From NCBI GenBank assembly GCA_013333675.2, contig JABCOJ020000009.1, positions 204 through 64,203 on the forward strand: DNA of 64,000 nucleotides, given 5' to 3'. Position 1 is the stretch's first letter. The number at the start of each line of letters is the position of its first letter. The translations under genes were made by a program, and so were the position numbers. The notes under the pieces were generated by a model. The model saw nothing but the letters and a program-made list of their open reading frames with translations, was not told where the DNA came from and did not search any database. The DNA comes from Candidatus Saccharimonadota bacterium (GTDB taxonomy: Bacteria; Patescibacteriota; Saccharimonadia; Saccharimonadales; Saccharimonadaceae). Shown here one piece after another: positions 27,020 through 37,693 of the stretch.

Positions 27020-27158
27020 AGATACCCTCCTTACCGTGCCCCACCACTCGCACGTTTATATGTACTTCTCTCTACATTTTGCCACAAATCTTAAGCAAAA
27101 TCAACGCCCGCAAAACCTCACGCGCTTCACCTGTAAATCAGTGTGCTATAATACCTGC

Positions 27159-27719
27159 ATGAAGCCAGTTCATCTATCTCGTCCGCACGCTATCATGATG
27201 GTAGGATTGCCCGGCAGCGGCAAAACGTTTTTCGCGCAGCAATTCGCCGAGACCTTTAACGCGCCGTTTATCAACGCGGCGTACGTGGAAGAGCGCGGGC
27301 GCGACGAGGAGGCGTCAAGCGAACTGAACGCGATGTTTCTGGGCGAAATAGCACGCACTAATCAGACATTCATTTACGAGGGCGATAGTCTCAGCCGCAC
27401 GCACCGCACCGACTTCGCGCGTTGGGCGCGTATGCATAATTATCAGCCGCTTTTTGTGTGGGTGCAGGTCGACGAGTCCACGTGCCGCCGCCGCATACTA
27501 AAAGCGCAAACTATGACCGCCGAACAATTTGACAGTGCCGTCAAGCGCTTCAGCGAACCGCACGTCCACGAAAAACCAATCGTCATTAGCGGCAAGCATA
27601 CGTATGTCACGCAGGCGCGTACTGTTTTGAGCCGCCTGGGCAGTGAAAACCGCTCTGCCGCACGTCCATCGGTGCAGCCTGCCGAGCGTGTTGTGCAGCG
27701 TCCGATTCGCGTGCAATGA
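27159..27719 (+). CDS. P-loop kinase (AAA_33-like)
   Basis: MVGLPGSGKT Walker A; TGnTATAAT 6 nt before ATG 27159. Confidence 0.85.
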   Translation: MKPVHLSRPHAIMMVGLPGSGKTFFAQQFAETFNAPFINAAYVEERGRDEEASSELNAMFLGEIARTNQTFIYEGDSLSRTHRTDFARWARMHNYQPLFVWVQVDESTCRRRILKAQTMTAEQFDSAVKRFSEPHVHEKPIVISGKHTYVTQARTVLSRLGSENRSAARPSVQPAERVVQRPIRVQ

Positions 27720-27755
27720 CGCGGCGCATTTGTACAGCAGTATTAGGGGCTATAT

Positions 27756-28466
27756 ATGCCGCGTAGCCCGCAAACGATTCATGATGTTGAGTTCGGCGAC
27801 ATCATCGTGAAGCGCCGGACGGGAGCGCGCAGCGTGCGGATTCATCTGGGAACGGGCGGACGGTTTACGGTATCGTGCGGGCGGTTGACGCCGCTTGGAT
27901 TTATTCGCAAGTTTATTGATCAATCGCGCGGTGAATTACGCCGTATGGCGGCGCGGACATCAATTACCTCGCCGTATCAGCATGGGCAGGTAATTGGCAA
28001 GCAGCATCGCATCGCCGTTGTACCGACGCAAATGGTAGAAGCACCGAGTGCAGCGATCCGCGGACAGCATATTATCGTGAAGCTGCCGCCAGCGTATGCA
28101 CTTGAAGACGGCGCCGTGCAACAGCAGATTCGCGATGCGGTCGGGCGCGCGTTGCGCAAAGAAGCTAAGCAGCTATTGCCGCCGCTCCTTGCGAAACTTG
28201 CGGCGCAGTATAATTTTCACTACGCTCGCGTCCGCTTTAGTCATGCCGGCAGCCGGTGGGGAAGTTGTAGCAGCACGGGCACAATTAGCCTCAACATTGC
28301 ATTGATGAAATTACCAGACGAACTGATTCGCTACGTGTTAGTTCACGAGCTATGCCACACGCGCCATATGAATCATTCAACTGCGTTTTGGCGCGAAGTG
28401 GAGCGCTACGACCTGCATTACCGCACGCACCGCCAGCAGATCAAGCGCCACACGCCTGTATTGTAG
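27756..28466 (+). CDS. YgjP/DUF45 (M48-like) metallohydrolase
   Basis: SRWGSCS, YVLVHELCH, NHS..FW motifs. Confidence 0.92.
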   Translation: MPRSPQTIHDVEFGDIIVKRRTGARSVRIHLGTGGRFTVSCGRLTPLGFIRKFIDQSRGELRRMAARTSITSPYQHGQVIGKQHRIAVVPTQMVEAPSAAIRGQHIIVKLPPAYALEDGAVQQQIRDAVGRALRKEAKQLLPPLLAKLAAQYNFHYARVRFSHAGSRWGSCSSTGTISLNIALMKLPDELIRYVLVHELCHTRHMNHSTAFWREVERYDLHYRTHRQQIKRHTPVL

Positions 28467-28666
28467 CGCGTCATTGCGGCTGGCGAGGGCGATAGCTAGA
28501 GAAGATATGGTCGTTGAAAATGGCGAGGTATATCTGCCAGATTTGGAGGAACGCGATGTTTAGTATGCGGAATCAGGTTCAATCGATAATTTTGCTTTAT
28601 TTGTGCCATGTAGTACAATAACGGCGATATTGCCAATGGGTGACTGGAGAAAGAAGAGTAATAACA

Positions 28667-29587
28667 ATGTCGGATAAATTACCCTATATCATATCTGCTG
28701 ATACAGAGTATTTAATGAATGCATGGGGTGAGCGTAATAATCTTAAGGTGCCAGATTCTGGTTTTTTTACTGACTTTCAGGCTGGTTGCGTAGAGCACAT
28801 TGCAAATGCATCAGCTTTCAGCGGCAATGATTTTGAACCTATAGTTATACCGCACGATAAACTTGCATCAGAGCTGCAAGGATTAGTTTCGAGATATCGA
28901 CAAGATGGAGTTGTGGCGCTTGATCGAGCCTATATCGGTGATAGTATAGCAAGACACTTTGAGGTGACTCGCGCAGTGAATACCGATCTAGAAAGTATTG
29001 GTACGCAGCCTCGACCATATACACCAGCAATCTCCAAGCAAATTGACCGACTTGTCGCTAATAGCGGCACAGATCTAACGTTGGTTGATGATGTAATCTT
29101 TAGCGGTGATGCAATTGTAGAGATCTCGGAGCTGTTTCGCGCAAAAGGCCTTCAAGTAAGTACAGTCCTTGCGGCTATAGCTATTGGCGAAGGCCGCAGG
29201 AAGATTGAAGAAGCTGGCATAGAAGTCAAGTCAGTGGTCGAATACGAAGACGTGAAAGATGAGATTTGTGAACGGGACTTCCTAGCGGGTGTGCCATTTT
29301 CTGGACGTACTGTGTACCGAGAAGACGGCAGCCATTATTCGGCGCCATACTTTGCGCCATTTGGATTACCTGAACGATGGGCGTCTATTGATGACGCGAC
29401 CGCAGCTCGTAAATTATCTTTGTACTGTATTGAGCGTTCAATTGAATTGTGGCAGCAAGTAGAAAACTTAAATAAAATGAATGTGCCGCACGGCTTCGTT
29501 CCGCGCCGGCTGGAGTATAATGCTGGTGATGAAAATTTTGCTGCGTATTTACTTGCGGCAAAAAGTAGTATTCAGAACGACAACTGA
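28667..29587 (+). CDS. Type I phosphoribosyltransferase-like protein
   Basis: PRPP-binding loop LVDDVIFSGDA; AT-richer than flanks. Confidence 0.75.
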   Translation: MSDKLPYIISADTEYLMNAWGERNNLKVPDSGFFTDFQAGCVEHIANASAFSGNDFEPIVIPHDKLASELQGLVSRYRQDGVVALDRAYIGDSIARHFEVTRAVNTDLESIGTQPRPYTPAISKQIDRLVANSGTDLTLVDDVIFSGDAIVEISELFRAKGLQVSTVLAAIAIGEGRRKIEEAGIEVKSVVEYEDVKDEICERDFLAGVPFSGRTVYREDGSHYSAPYFAPFGLPERWASIDDATAARKLSLYCIERSIELWQQVENLNKMNVPHGFVPRRLEYNAGDENFAAYLLAAKSSIQNDN

Positions 29588-29681
29588 GCCGTAGATAACG
29601 TATTAGTAACTCTTTTCCGGATTACTATCCAACCTTGACGTCATCTTGCTCTTTGCCATGCGCTGCCGTGATGAGTAGAAG

Positions 29682-30227
29682 TTACGCATACTTTCTTCTG
29701 TAGTCCGCTGCCGCATTAAATGCTTTTTTGACAGCTTCTTTTGGGGATGAAGCACCCATGGTTAGCTGGCGTTCCCGGCTGTCAATATATTCATCAGCAA
29801 GTTTGTCGGCCCAGCCTCCGTAGCCCTTCAATGCAACCATAGGGATATCTGCTTGATAAGCAATAGCGAGTTCTGTGAGCGTGCCTGAGCCTCCGCTAAT
29901 AGCAATTACTGCATCGCAGCCTGTCACCAAAACTGTTTCCCGACCGCCACCTCGTTCAAGCCCGCACGGTATAATAATATCCGCGTCCTTTTCCCATACA
30001 TCCTTGCCTTTTCCGTACGTAATTCCTACTGTTAAACCACCGGCATCTTTTGCTCCACGACAAGCAGCTGTAGAGAGTGAATCACTGTCTTTTTCGGCGC
30101 CAAAAAATAGAATTCCGCCCATTTTGGCTACATATTTGCCTACTTCGTAGGCTGCGGCTTCAACCTCTTTTGCGTACTTCAGGTCCGCAGCCGATCCCAT
30201 GACTCCGATTTGAAACTTTCTCGACAT
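29682..30227 (-). CDS. SLOG/LOG-superfamily protein (TIGR00725-like)
   Basis: IGVMGS, AACRGAK.AGG.TVGI, GGSGTLTELAIA motifs. Confidence 0.88.
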   Translation of the reverse strand: MSRKFQIGVMGSAADLKYAKEVEAAAYEVGKYVAKMGGILFFGAEKDSDSLSTAACRGAKDAGGLTVGITYGKGKDVWEKDADIIIPCGLERGGGRETVLVTGCDAVIAISGGSGTLTELAIAYQADIPMVALKGYGGWADKLADEYIDSRERQLTMGASSPKEAVKKAFNAAADYRRKYA

Positions 30228-30426
30228 ATTGCAACTCCTCGTTAGATTTAGCTTTTCTTCGTGTCAATTTTGTAATTTTTGTTCAATACCACCTACTGTA
30301 ACATTTTCTTCAACAAGTAGCACGAGGAGGTGAACTATGTACGGTGTGATTGGCAAGCCGGCGTGCAGAAACTACATTCATTAGCTCTTTGCAATTGTCA
30401 CGCTTACGGTTATACTAAGAATAATT

Positions 30427-32070
30427 ATGGGTGAGCCGTCTCAGAATAATGATATTCTCCTGGAAGTAAATGTACGCCGTGCTAAGATCTTGCGTTACGC
30501 CGGATTGTTTTTGCCGCTGTTATTGGTCGCGTATAGCGTGTACTTGCAATTAGTGCCGGGTGTACGGCATTATCCGCTAACGCCGCTCATTATTGCGATT
30601 AACGCTTCGTGGGTCATTCTAGCGCTTTATCATTTCTTTGCGCCAATGAAAACGCGACACGGCGCGATTGCGCGGATTATATTATTCCATATTATCGCGT
30701 TGCTGTATATATTGTTTGTGTCGGGCTTTGACATGCCGTTTATTTACGTGTGGTCGGTGCTATTTTTGGCGAGCGCTGTGCACGCTGGCGCAGGCGGCGT
30801 GAAGCTTAGTTTGGCGATGTTGTTTGTTGCGGCGAGCGCGAGTGTTATCATTTCGGCGGACGATTTGACGCGCGTGTTTCAAATTGGGCTGCACTTTGCC
30901 GGCACGCTGATAGTGGCGTGTATTATGAATGCGATTGTCACGGCGCAGGCGATTGATCAGCGCGAGTTGCTGCGTTCGCAAACCGAGGAAAAACTGCAGC
31001 GCGACCGCGTGCTGACGATTGTGAATAATTTGGCGGACGCAATTTTGAGTGTTGATAGCCGCGGCACAATTCAATTGTACAATGCGGCAGCGCTTGATTT
31101 GCTTGACACCAACTCCGAGCTGACCGGAAAGAAAATCGACGCTGTGCTCACTATGAAAAATAACGAGGGCGAAACGGTTAAATTTACGCAGCTTTTGCAT
31201 CGTATTCACAGCGTTCGCATGCGCGATGACCTGAGCGCTAAAATATCCGGAGAAGTTGTCCATCTAAGCGTCGTCTACTCGCCGATTCGGAACGCCAACA
31301 GTACGCATGCGAGCGGTAGGGACGGTTATATTATTATTCTACGCGACATAACCAAGCAGAAGTCGCTTGAAGACGAGCGCGACGAATTCATATCGGTTGT
31401 CAGCCATGAACTACGTACGCCGATCGCCATCGCCGAAGGTTCGCTCAGCAATGTTCAGCTCATGATGGAGCGCCCCGACATTCCGCAGGCCACATTGCAC
31501 GATGGCGTCAACGCAGCGCACCAGCAAGTCGTATTCCTCGCGAAAATGGCAAATGATTTATCTACGCTGAGCCGCGCCGAGCGCGGTGTTGCCGACACGC
31601 CGGAGCTGATTGACGTTGCTGAGCTAATTAGCGAACTATACGCTGAGTACTCGCCTGAAGCTACCGAGAAATCACTCTACTTCGATCTAGATCTTGATCC
31701 GCAGCTTGGCGCCGTTAACGAGAGCCGCCTCTATTTGAAAGAGTTATTGCAAAATATCGTTACGAACGCTATTAAATATACCCAAACGGGTGGTGTTACT
31801 GTGTCGGTAAAACGTTCAGCGCCGCGGTTGCTGACATTCACCGTGAAAGACACCGGTATCGGCATCAGTCGCAGCGACCAGCAGCATTTATTCCAGAAGT
31901 TTTGGCGCAGCGAGGACTATCGCACGCGCGAAACAGGTGGTACGGGGCTGGGGCTGTACGTCGCACATAAACTTGCGAAAAAATTAAACACGACGATTGA
32001 GCTAAAAAGCCGTTTGAACCACGGTTCAACCTTTAGCTTCAGTTTGCCGTCGACGAAGCGCAGGAAATAG
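30427..32070 (+). CDS. Membrane sensor histidine kinase with PAS domain
   Basis: SHELRTP H-box, NAIKYT, DTGIGI, GGTGLGL; multi-TM N-terminus. Confidence 0.95.
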   Translation: MGEPSQNNDILLEVNVRRAKILRYAGLFLPLLLVAYSVYLQLVPGVRHYPLTPLIIAINASWVILALYHFFAPMKTRHGAIARIILFHIIALLYILFVSGFDMPFIYVWSVLFLASAVHAGAGGVKLSLAMLFVAASASVIISADDLTRVFQIGLHFAGTLIVACIMNAIVTAQAIDQRELLRSQTEEKLQRDRVLTIVNNLADAILSVDSRGTIQLYNAAALDLLDTNSELTGKKIDAVLTMKNNEGETVKFTQLLHRIHSVRMRDDLSAKISGEVVHLSVVYSPIRNANSTHASGRDGYIIILRDITKQKSLEDERDEFISVVSHELRTPIAIAEGSLSNVQLMMERPDIPQATLHDGVNAAHQQVVFLAKMANDLSTLSRAERGVADTPELIDVAELISELYAEYSPEATEKSLYFDLDLDPQLGAVNESRLYLKELLQNIVTNAIKYTQTGGVTVSVKRSAPRLLTFTVKDTGIGISRSDQQHLFQKFWRSEDYRTRETGGTGLGLYVAHKLAKKLNTTIELKSRLNHGSTFSFSLPSTKRRK

Positions 32071-32156
32071 CGCCGCTTGCAATTTTAGCGTGTGCGGCGT
32101 ACAATAAACTTGACAGTCTGGTTCATACCAGACTTATTTAATTGGGAGAAACCATT

Positions 32157-32591
32157 GTGGCAGCATCAACAAAATCAACGAAAGGCAAAAAAAATAAGCC
32201 AACTGTAACGCGTATTAAGGCGAGCGACAGCAGTGCGCCGAAACGCGCAGCTGCAGTAAAAGCCAAACAGAATGCAGCAATAAAATCCACGCCAAGCGCA
32301 AAAGAGAAGTCCGCCTCTAAAGCCAAAAAACTCTTAGGCGGCAGCCAAAAGTCTACGAATACAGCAAGCAGCAAAAAATCTACAAGTTCGCGCCGTAATC
32401 CGCTGCGCGCCGTTCGCAGCTATTTCGTTGGTGCGTGGCAAGAACTCAAGCAAGTCCGCTGGCCTGACCGCCGCAGCACCTGGGCGATGACGGGCGCGCT
32501 TATCGCGTTTACTGTTGTGTTTGTCGTCGTTATCCTATTGATTGACTACGGATTTTCGTGGCTATTCAAACTAATTATCGGTACAAAGTAG
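32157..32591 (+). CDS. secE: SecE with long basic N-terminal extension
   Basis: ELKQVRWP plus single TM helix; upstream of nusG; GTG start after GGAG. Confidence 0.9.
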   Translation: MAASTKSTKGKKNKPTVTRIKASDSSAPKRAAAVKAKQNAAIKSTPSAKEKSASKAKKLLGGSQKSTNTASSKKSTSSRRNPLRAVRSYFVGAWQELKQVRWPDRRSTWAMTGALIAFTVVFVVVILLIDYGFSWLFKLIIGTK

Positions 32592-32612
32592 AAAAGAAAG
32601 GAATCAATTAGC

Positions 32613-33158
32613 ATGGTAAAAAATCGTTACGACAGCGCACGGCAGTGGTATGCAATCCACACGTACTCAGGCTATGAGGAAAAGGTCGCGGATAGCATCA
32701 AGCAGCGCGCGCAAACCATTGACATGGCAGACAAAATCTTCGACGCGATGGTACCGAAAGAAAAACAAATCCAAATCAAAAACGGTAAGCGAAAGATTGT
32801 TGACGCAAAGATTTTTCAGGGTTATGTGCTCGTTGAAATGAAATTGACCGACGAAACGTGGTATATTGTGCGCAATACGCCAGGCGTAACGGGATTCGTG
32901 GGCAGCGGCACATCGCCGACGCCTGTGTCCGATGCGGAAATGAATAAGATTAAAAAGCGTATGGGCGTGGAAGATCCAAAACATCAAATTGATTTTTCAG
33001 AGGGCGAAGTTGTCAATATTATTGACGGACCATTCAAAGGTTTTGAGGGCGCGGTAAGTGAAATTGACACTGCCAAAGGCAAACTCAAGGTTATGGTTAG
33101 CATGTTCGGGCGCGATACGCCGGTAGAACTGGACGCGCTACAGGTGAAGAAAGTATAG
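32613..33158 (+). CDS. nusG: Transcription factor NusG
   Basis: WYAIHTYSGYE, VRNTPGVTGFVG, KOW domain, MFGRDTPVEL. Confidence 0.98.
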   Translation: MVKNRYDSARQWYAIHTYSGYEEKVADSIKQRAQTIDMADKIFDAMVPKEKQIQIKNGKRKIVDAKIFQGYVLVEMKLTDETWYIVRNTPGVTGFVGSGTSPTPVSDAEMNKIKKRMGVEDPKHQIDFSEGEVVNIIDGPFKGFEGAVSEIDTAKGKLKVMVSMFGRDTPVELDALQVKKV

Positions 33159-33281
33159 CACCTCATGGCACTGTAGCGCATGTTCTGATTGCATAATCAC
33201 GCGAAATAGCGTATAATCAACCTGTTACGCACTTATATATTATTGCTTTCTGTAAATTGCACAAGAAAAGGGACTAACATT

Positions 33282-33707
33282 ATGGCAAAACAAGTTATTG
33301 GTAATCTGAAACTCCGTATTCCAGCTGGTCGCGCGACTGCTGGTCCGCCGGTTGGCAGCACGCTCGGTCAGTGGGGTTTGAATATGATGGATTTCATCAA
33401 CCCGTTTAACGAGACAACTAAAAAGGATATGGGTAAAGACGTTATTGTGCATATCCAAGTGTACGAAGACCGTACGTTTACATGGAAATCGCTCGGGCAG
33501 CCGGTTGACGATATGATTCGCGAGAAAATCGGTATCAAAAAAGGCAGCGGCAAACCGCACGCCGAAAAAGTCGGCAAAATTACACGCGCGCAGCTAGAAG
33601 AAATTGCCGAAATAAAGAAAGATCAGCTCAACGCGATTGACTTAGACGGCGCAGTAAAAGTTATTGCTGGTACCGCCCGCAGCATGGGCGTGGAAGTTGT
33701 CGACTAG
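33282..33707 (+). CDS. rplK: 50S ribosomal protein uL11
   Basis: PAGRAT.GPPVG, IAGTARSMG motifs. Confidence 0.97.
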   Translation: MAKQVIGNLKLRIPAGRATAGPPVGSTLGQWGLNMMDFINPFNETTKKDMGKDVIVHIQVYEDRTFTWKSLGQPVDDMIREKIGIKKGSGKPHAEKVGKITRAQLEEIAEIKKDQLNAIDLDGAVKVIAGTARSMGVEVVD

Positions 33708-33732
33708 ACTTAGACGGTAATGTAAACAGTGA

Positions 33733-33765
33733 GAGCGCTTTGGTCTTTGGCTGGAGCGCTTTTTA
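33733..33765 (+). terminator. Probable terminator after rplK
   Basis: GAGCGCTTT...GGAGCGCTTTTT hairpin with T-run. Confidence 0.6.
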
Positions 33766-33870
33766 TTATCTGCGAAGATGCAATAAGTCGCCGCAAACAC
33801 TTTACGGAAAGAAAATATTATGCTGTTTCATGCCACGCGAAAAAACACGCAAGTGTTATAATGGAGTCAT

Positions 33871-33947
33871 CGGGATGTAGCGCAGTTTGGTAGCGCACAC
33901 GGCTGGGGGCCGTGAGGTCGCAAGTTCGAGCCTTGTCATCCCGACCA
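33871..33947 (+). tRNA. tRNA-Pro(GGG)
   Basis: Anticodon arm CACGG-CTGGGGG-CCGTG; CCA end. Confidence 0.95.
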
Positions 33948-34081
33948 GTTTTTGGTACGGAAAAATCAAGAGAGATTATTTTAAATTTTTAAAGAAGATA
34001 TTAAAGAATATCTTGATTTAATGATTTACGAAATTGCCATCAAATAAAACTTTCCAATATTATAATTAGGGGGAATGTTGA

Positions 34082-35119
34082 GTGAACTATAAATATAAAA
34101 ATCCATACGAGCATTTGTCTGGAAAATTAAATGATAGAAAACTAATTGCCGCCGGTTTTTCAGAAAAAACCTATGATACAGGGAATGTTAAACTGAACTA
34201 TGTCGTCGGTCCTAATAATGGACCAAGTTTATTGTTGATTCCAGCCCAAATCGGTATATGGGAAAGTTATAGGAAAGTACTCTTACCGCTATCGAAAATT
34301 TTTCACATATATGCCATAGATGTGAGAGGTCATGGAAAATCTTCTTGGACACCGGGACATTATTCATGGAAAATTATTGGTGAGGACATAAAGCTATTTA
34401 TAGAAAATGTAATAAAACAAAAGGTAATTATCAGCGGAAATTCATCGGGTGGCATTATCGCTCTTTGGTGCGCCGCTAATATTCCCGAATATGTTTCGGG
34501 GGTTGTTCTTGAGGACGCGCCTATTTTTTCTGCTGAAATGCCGCGGTTTAAAGAGCAAGATAAATTTGTATATAACGGACTAAAACACCTTGTTGATCAA
34601 ATCGGGAATATACCAGATAGAGATTTGGCAAATTATTTTAAAGATATGGAAGTGCCGGCCTCTGATAGGAGGATCAAAAGAATTCCAAATTGGTTTGTCA
34701 GTTGGTTATCACGAAAGATAAAGAAGTTTCAAAATAAATACCCTGATAGCCCAGTCCAAATTGGATTCCCATTCCCAGATAACTTGCGTTTGCTAATTAA
34801 ATCACTATCTATGTTTGACCCAGATTTTGCCAGAGCCTTTGTAGATGGTAGATTTTATGATGGTATTGACCATGCAGAGGCTTTTGAGAAAACGAAATGC
34901 CCCATATTGCTTATTCAAGCCGATTGGAAACGATACGAAAATTACGGGCTTGTAGGAGCGTTTGATGACGATGACGCTCAGCATGCTATTTCTTTAGCTC
35001 CGCAAATAATATATAAAAAAGTTTCTGCTAATCATGTTATTCATGCTTTCAAGCCAAAAGAGTATATTAAACTATTATCAGAATTTAGAGAAATAGTATC
35101 TGATAATTCTATAGTCTAA
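34082..35119 (+). CDS. Alpha/beta-fold hydrolase (AT-rich, beside tRNA-Pro)
   Basis: DVRGHGKS and GNSSGG nucleophile elbow; C-terminal His (ANHVIH). Confidence 0.9.
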   Translation: MNYKYKNPYEHLSGKLNDRKLIAAGFSEKTYDTGNVKLNYVVGPNNGPSLLLIPAQIGIWESYRKVLLPLSKIFHIYAIDVRGHGKSSWTPGHYSWKIIGEDIKLFIENVIKQKVIISGNSSGGIIALWCAANIPEYVSGVVLEDAPIFSAEMPRFKEQDKFVYNGLKHLVDQIGNIPDRDLANYFKDMEVPASDRRIKRIPNWFVSWLSRKIKKFQNKYPDSPVQIGFPFPDNLRLLIKSLSMFDPDFARAFVDGRFYDGIDHAEAFEKTKCPILLIQADWKRYENYGLVGAFDDDDAQHAISLAPQIIYKKVSANHVIHAFKPKEYIKLLSEFREIVSDNSIV

Positions 35120-35186
35120 TGCACTTCGCTATAAAACGTACTCCTTCATAATAAGGAGTACGTTTTGTTTTTTACATTCGCGCCGT

Positions 35187-35942
35187 TTAGTAAATAAACT
35201 GTCCAAACGTCCCGGGGCGCACCGTGCGTTTATTATAATTACCGGCTTTGTAGTTCCAGCCCATTTCGGACACAGTATACGAGCCGTCGGCGTTAACGCT
35301 TTCGACATAAGCGACGTGTCCATTCGTGACGGCGACCGCGCCGGCTTGCGGTGCCGTGCCGGTAGATTTGCCGGCGCGCTGTGCAGCACCGATCCAGTTA
35401 TAACCAGCGTTGCCGTACACTGCAACATCAGGACGGCGGCTATGCACGTAGTCGGTGCACCACATGCCATTACCGACGTAGTAGCTGCTTGAGCTGACCG
35501 GCTTGCTCGTGTACTGGCGCGTCGTATATGTACTGCGCCGAGAGACAGGCGCAGGCGCTGCCTGTGCGCGGACTGTTTGCTGGGCGGCAAGCGCAGCGCT
35601 CGTGCGGTCGGCGAGCTGTTCGTTGGCAGCTGGTACGCGAATTTTATCGCCCGGATTAATTGTGTCTGGGTTGGCGATTGATTCGTTTGCATCAAATAAA
35701 CGCGTCCATGTCGTACCGTTTGCCTCGGCGATTGAGCTAAGCGAGTCGCCCTCCGCCACCGTTACGATAACATCTTTTTTATCGTTTTTTGGCTCTTTGT
35801 CTTTTTTGTCAGATTCTTGTTTACTATCGGTTGACGTTTTGTCGTCCGATGTGGTTGGTGCAGATTCGGCAAACGCCGGAGCACTCCAGAGCGCTGCGGC
35901 AATGGCAACTGCCAACACCGCTAATGCTTTGTTGAAACGCAT
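35187..35942 (-). CDS. Secreted LysM-CHAP peptidoglycan hydrolase
   Basis: Signal peptide; LysM (VAEGDSLSSIA...INPGDKI); CHAP (WCTDYV, GNA..W, GHVAYVE, VSEM). Confidence 0.92.
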   Translation of the reverse strand: MRFNKALAVLAVAIAAALWSAPAFAESAPTTSDDKTSTDSKQESDKKDKEPKNDKKDVIVTVAEGDSLSSIAEANGTTWTRLFDANESIANPDTINPGDKIRVPAANEQLADRTSAALAAQQTVRAQAAPAPVSRRSTYTTRQYTSKPVSSSSYYVGNGMWCTDYVHSRRPDVAVYGNAGYNWIGAAQRAGKSTGTAPQAGAVAVTNGHVAYVESVNADGSYTVSEMGWNYKAGNYNKRTVRPGTFGQFIY

Positions 35943-36177
35943 CGTTTCCTCCTTATACCCCCACGGCAAAAGGTAATAAAATTTATAAATTATCAAACCG
36001 TGGAACGCAATGCTTACGCTTATATGTCAATAGCAAAGTGCAAACATGCAAAGCCGATACTAGCACGCCAAAAATATACTGTCAACGATTTTTTGCGTAA
36101 TATGGCAAAAGAACAGATACAAAATACCTAGACTTTTGATGCGCTTTTTGGTACAATCAAATGTGTAATAATTCAAT

Positions 36178-36224
36178 AGGTTGGGAGATTAGTCAAGGAA
36201 ATGGCTCATCGTTCGCACCACAGA
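36178..36224 (+). promoter_or_regulatory. Candidate L1 autoregulatory leader
   Basis: GGGAG...ACCAC motif pair typical of L1-binding sites, directly before the rplA RBS. Confidence 0.5.
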
Positions 36225-36240
36225 AAGGAATCGCTAAACT

Positions 36241-37251
36241 ATGGCAAGAAAAGCTGAATTGCTTGAGCAGGCAGCTAAGCTGAAACTTGATGTTTCGGCA
36301 AAAAACACGATCGCAGAGATTGAGGCAGCGATTAATGCGGCGAGCGCGTCAGCTGCTGCAAATGATTCAACTAAAGACTCCGGCGTTGTCGCAGAGCGCG
36401 AGGCTGTCGTGGCAAAAAGTGGTAAGCGCAGCGCTAAGGCGCTTGAAGAGGCTGAAGCAAAAGCAGAAAAAGAAGCCCGCAAACAAGCTGGCGATACTAC
36501 GCCGCAAGGCGACGCTGACGCAGCGGTTAAAAAAGGTCCGGCGCCAAAAGTCCGTCCGTTGATTGAGCGCCGCGGCAAAGCCTATCGCAAAGCCGCCGAG
36601 AAAGTTGAGGCAGATAAGATTTATAACCTGCATGATGCGCTTATGCTTGCAGTAGAAACCAATCCAGCAAAGTTTGACGCTAGCGTTGAGGTTCATGTGC
36701 GCTTGGGTGTTGATCCGCGCCAAGCTGATCAAAACATCCGCGCTACTGTCGTGCTGCCGCACGGCACGGGCAAAACCGTCCGCGTTGCTGTCTTTGCGCC
36801 AGAAGCTGACGCCGCTAAAGCAAAGGAAGCCGGCGCCGACGTTGCAGGTGAAGAAGCTATTGTGAAATTGCTCGACAAAGGTACGCTTGACTTTGACGTG
36901 CTGATCGCAACGCCCGCCTACATGCCAAAACTTGGCAAGTACGCCCGTCAGCTTGGTCCGAAAGGTTTAATGCCGAACCCGAAGAGCGGTACTGTCGCTG
37001 CTGACGTTGCCAAGGCAGTTTCCGAAGCCAAAGCTGGTAAGGTTGAGTATCGTGTTGACAAGCAAGCGATCATCCATCTGAGTATTGGTAAGGTTAGCTT
37101 CGGTGTTGATAAGCTTGAGGAGAATGCTAAAACATTCTTTGCTAGTCTGCAGAGTCAGAAGCCGTCTAGCTTGAAAGGCAGTTACGTTAAGTCGACCGCT
37201 ATTGCCACGACGATGGGGCCGGGGATTGCGACCGAAAACCAAGTAAATTAA
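36241..37251 (+). CDS. rplA: 50S ribosomal protein uL1 with ~100-aa N-terminal extension
   Basis: [34 protein letters not shown] motifs. Confidence 0.96.
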   Translation: MARKAELLEQAAKLKLDVSAKNTIAEIEAAINAASASAAANDSTKDSGVVAEREAVVAKSGKRSAKALEEAEAKAEKEARKQAGDTTPQGDADAAVKKGPAPKVRPLIERRGKAYRKAAEKVEADKIYNLHDALMLAVETNPAKFDASVEVHVRLGVDPRQADQNIRATVVLPHGTGKTVRVAVFAPEADAAKAKEAGADVAGEEAIVKLLDKGTLDFDVLIATPAYMPKLGKYARQLGPKGLMPNPKSGTVAADVAKAVSEAKAGKVEYRVDKQAIIHLSIGKVSFGVDKLEENAKTFFASLQSQKPSSLKGSYVKSTAIATTMGPGIATENQVN

Positions 37252-37254
37252 ACT

Positions 37255-37613
37255 CAGCATTTTCGGGACAACCCCTGAAGAACTAGCAATGACACAGCAT
37301 GAAAGGTATCAAAACCCTGCATTGGCTGCAAGGAAGCTTAATGCCCTCCACGAATCCATAAACGAAGCACTTATCCACGGATGAAACCGAAGGCAATACG
37401 GTATCGCTTGGCAGTGTTGTCGATATCAGATACGACAAAACTGGGAATATTATAACGACTCTTGTGACTGGCGCAACCCATGATGTTAAGGATTTCTGCG
37501 GACGCAGTGATGTTAAAGGCGTGACAATATTTAGCCCTATTGGCAAAGCCATACTTGATCTATCAGTTGGCGACTCTACAGAAGTAACCATCAATAACAA
37601 AAAATACCAATAA
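37255..37613 (+). pseudogene. Frameshifted GreA/GreB-family fragment
   Basis: 37371-37613 translates as ...VSLGSVVDIRY...SPIGKAILDLSVGD...; the upstream part is in another frame; no intact start. Confidence 0.7.
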
Positions 37614-37693
37614 GTATCACCAGGATTCGTAGCCTTAGTGAACTTTCAGCATAACTTTTAGTAAACCAACTTAATACAAGGAATGTGACTACA

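Noticed and set aside
30235..30329. Anti-SD helix (CTCCTCGT/ACGAGGAG) as a riboswitch for the SLOG gene
   Set aside because: More simply explained as two divergent Shine-Dalgarno sequences; no aptamer recognised.
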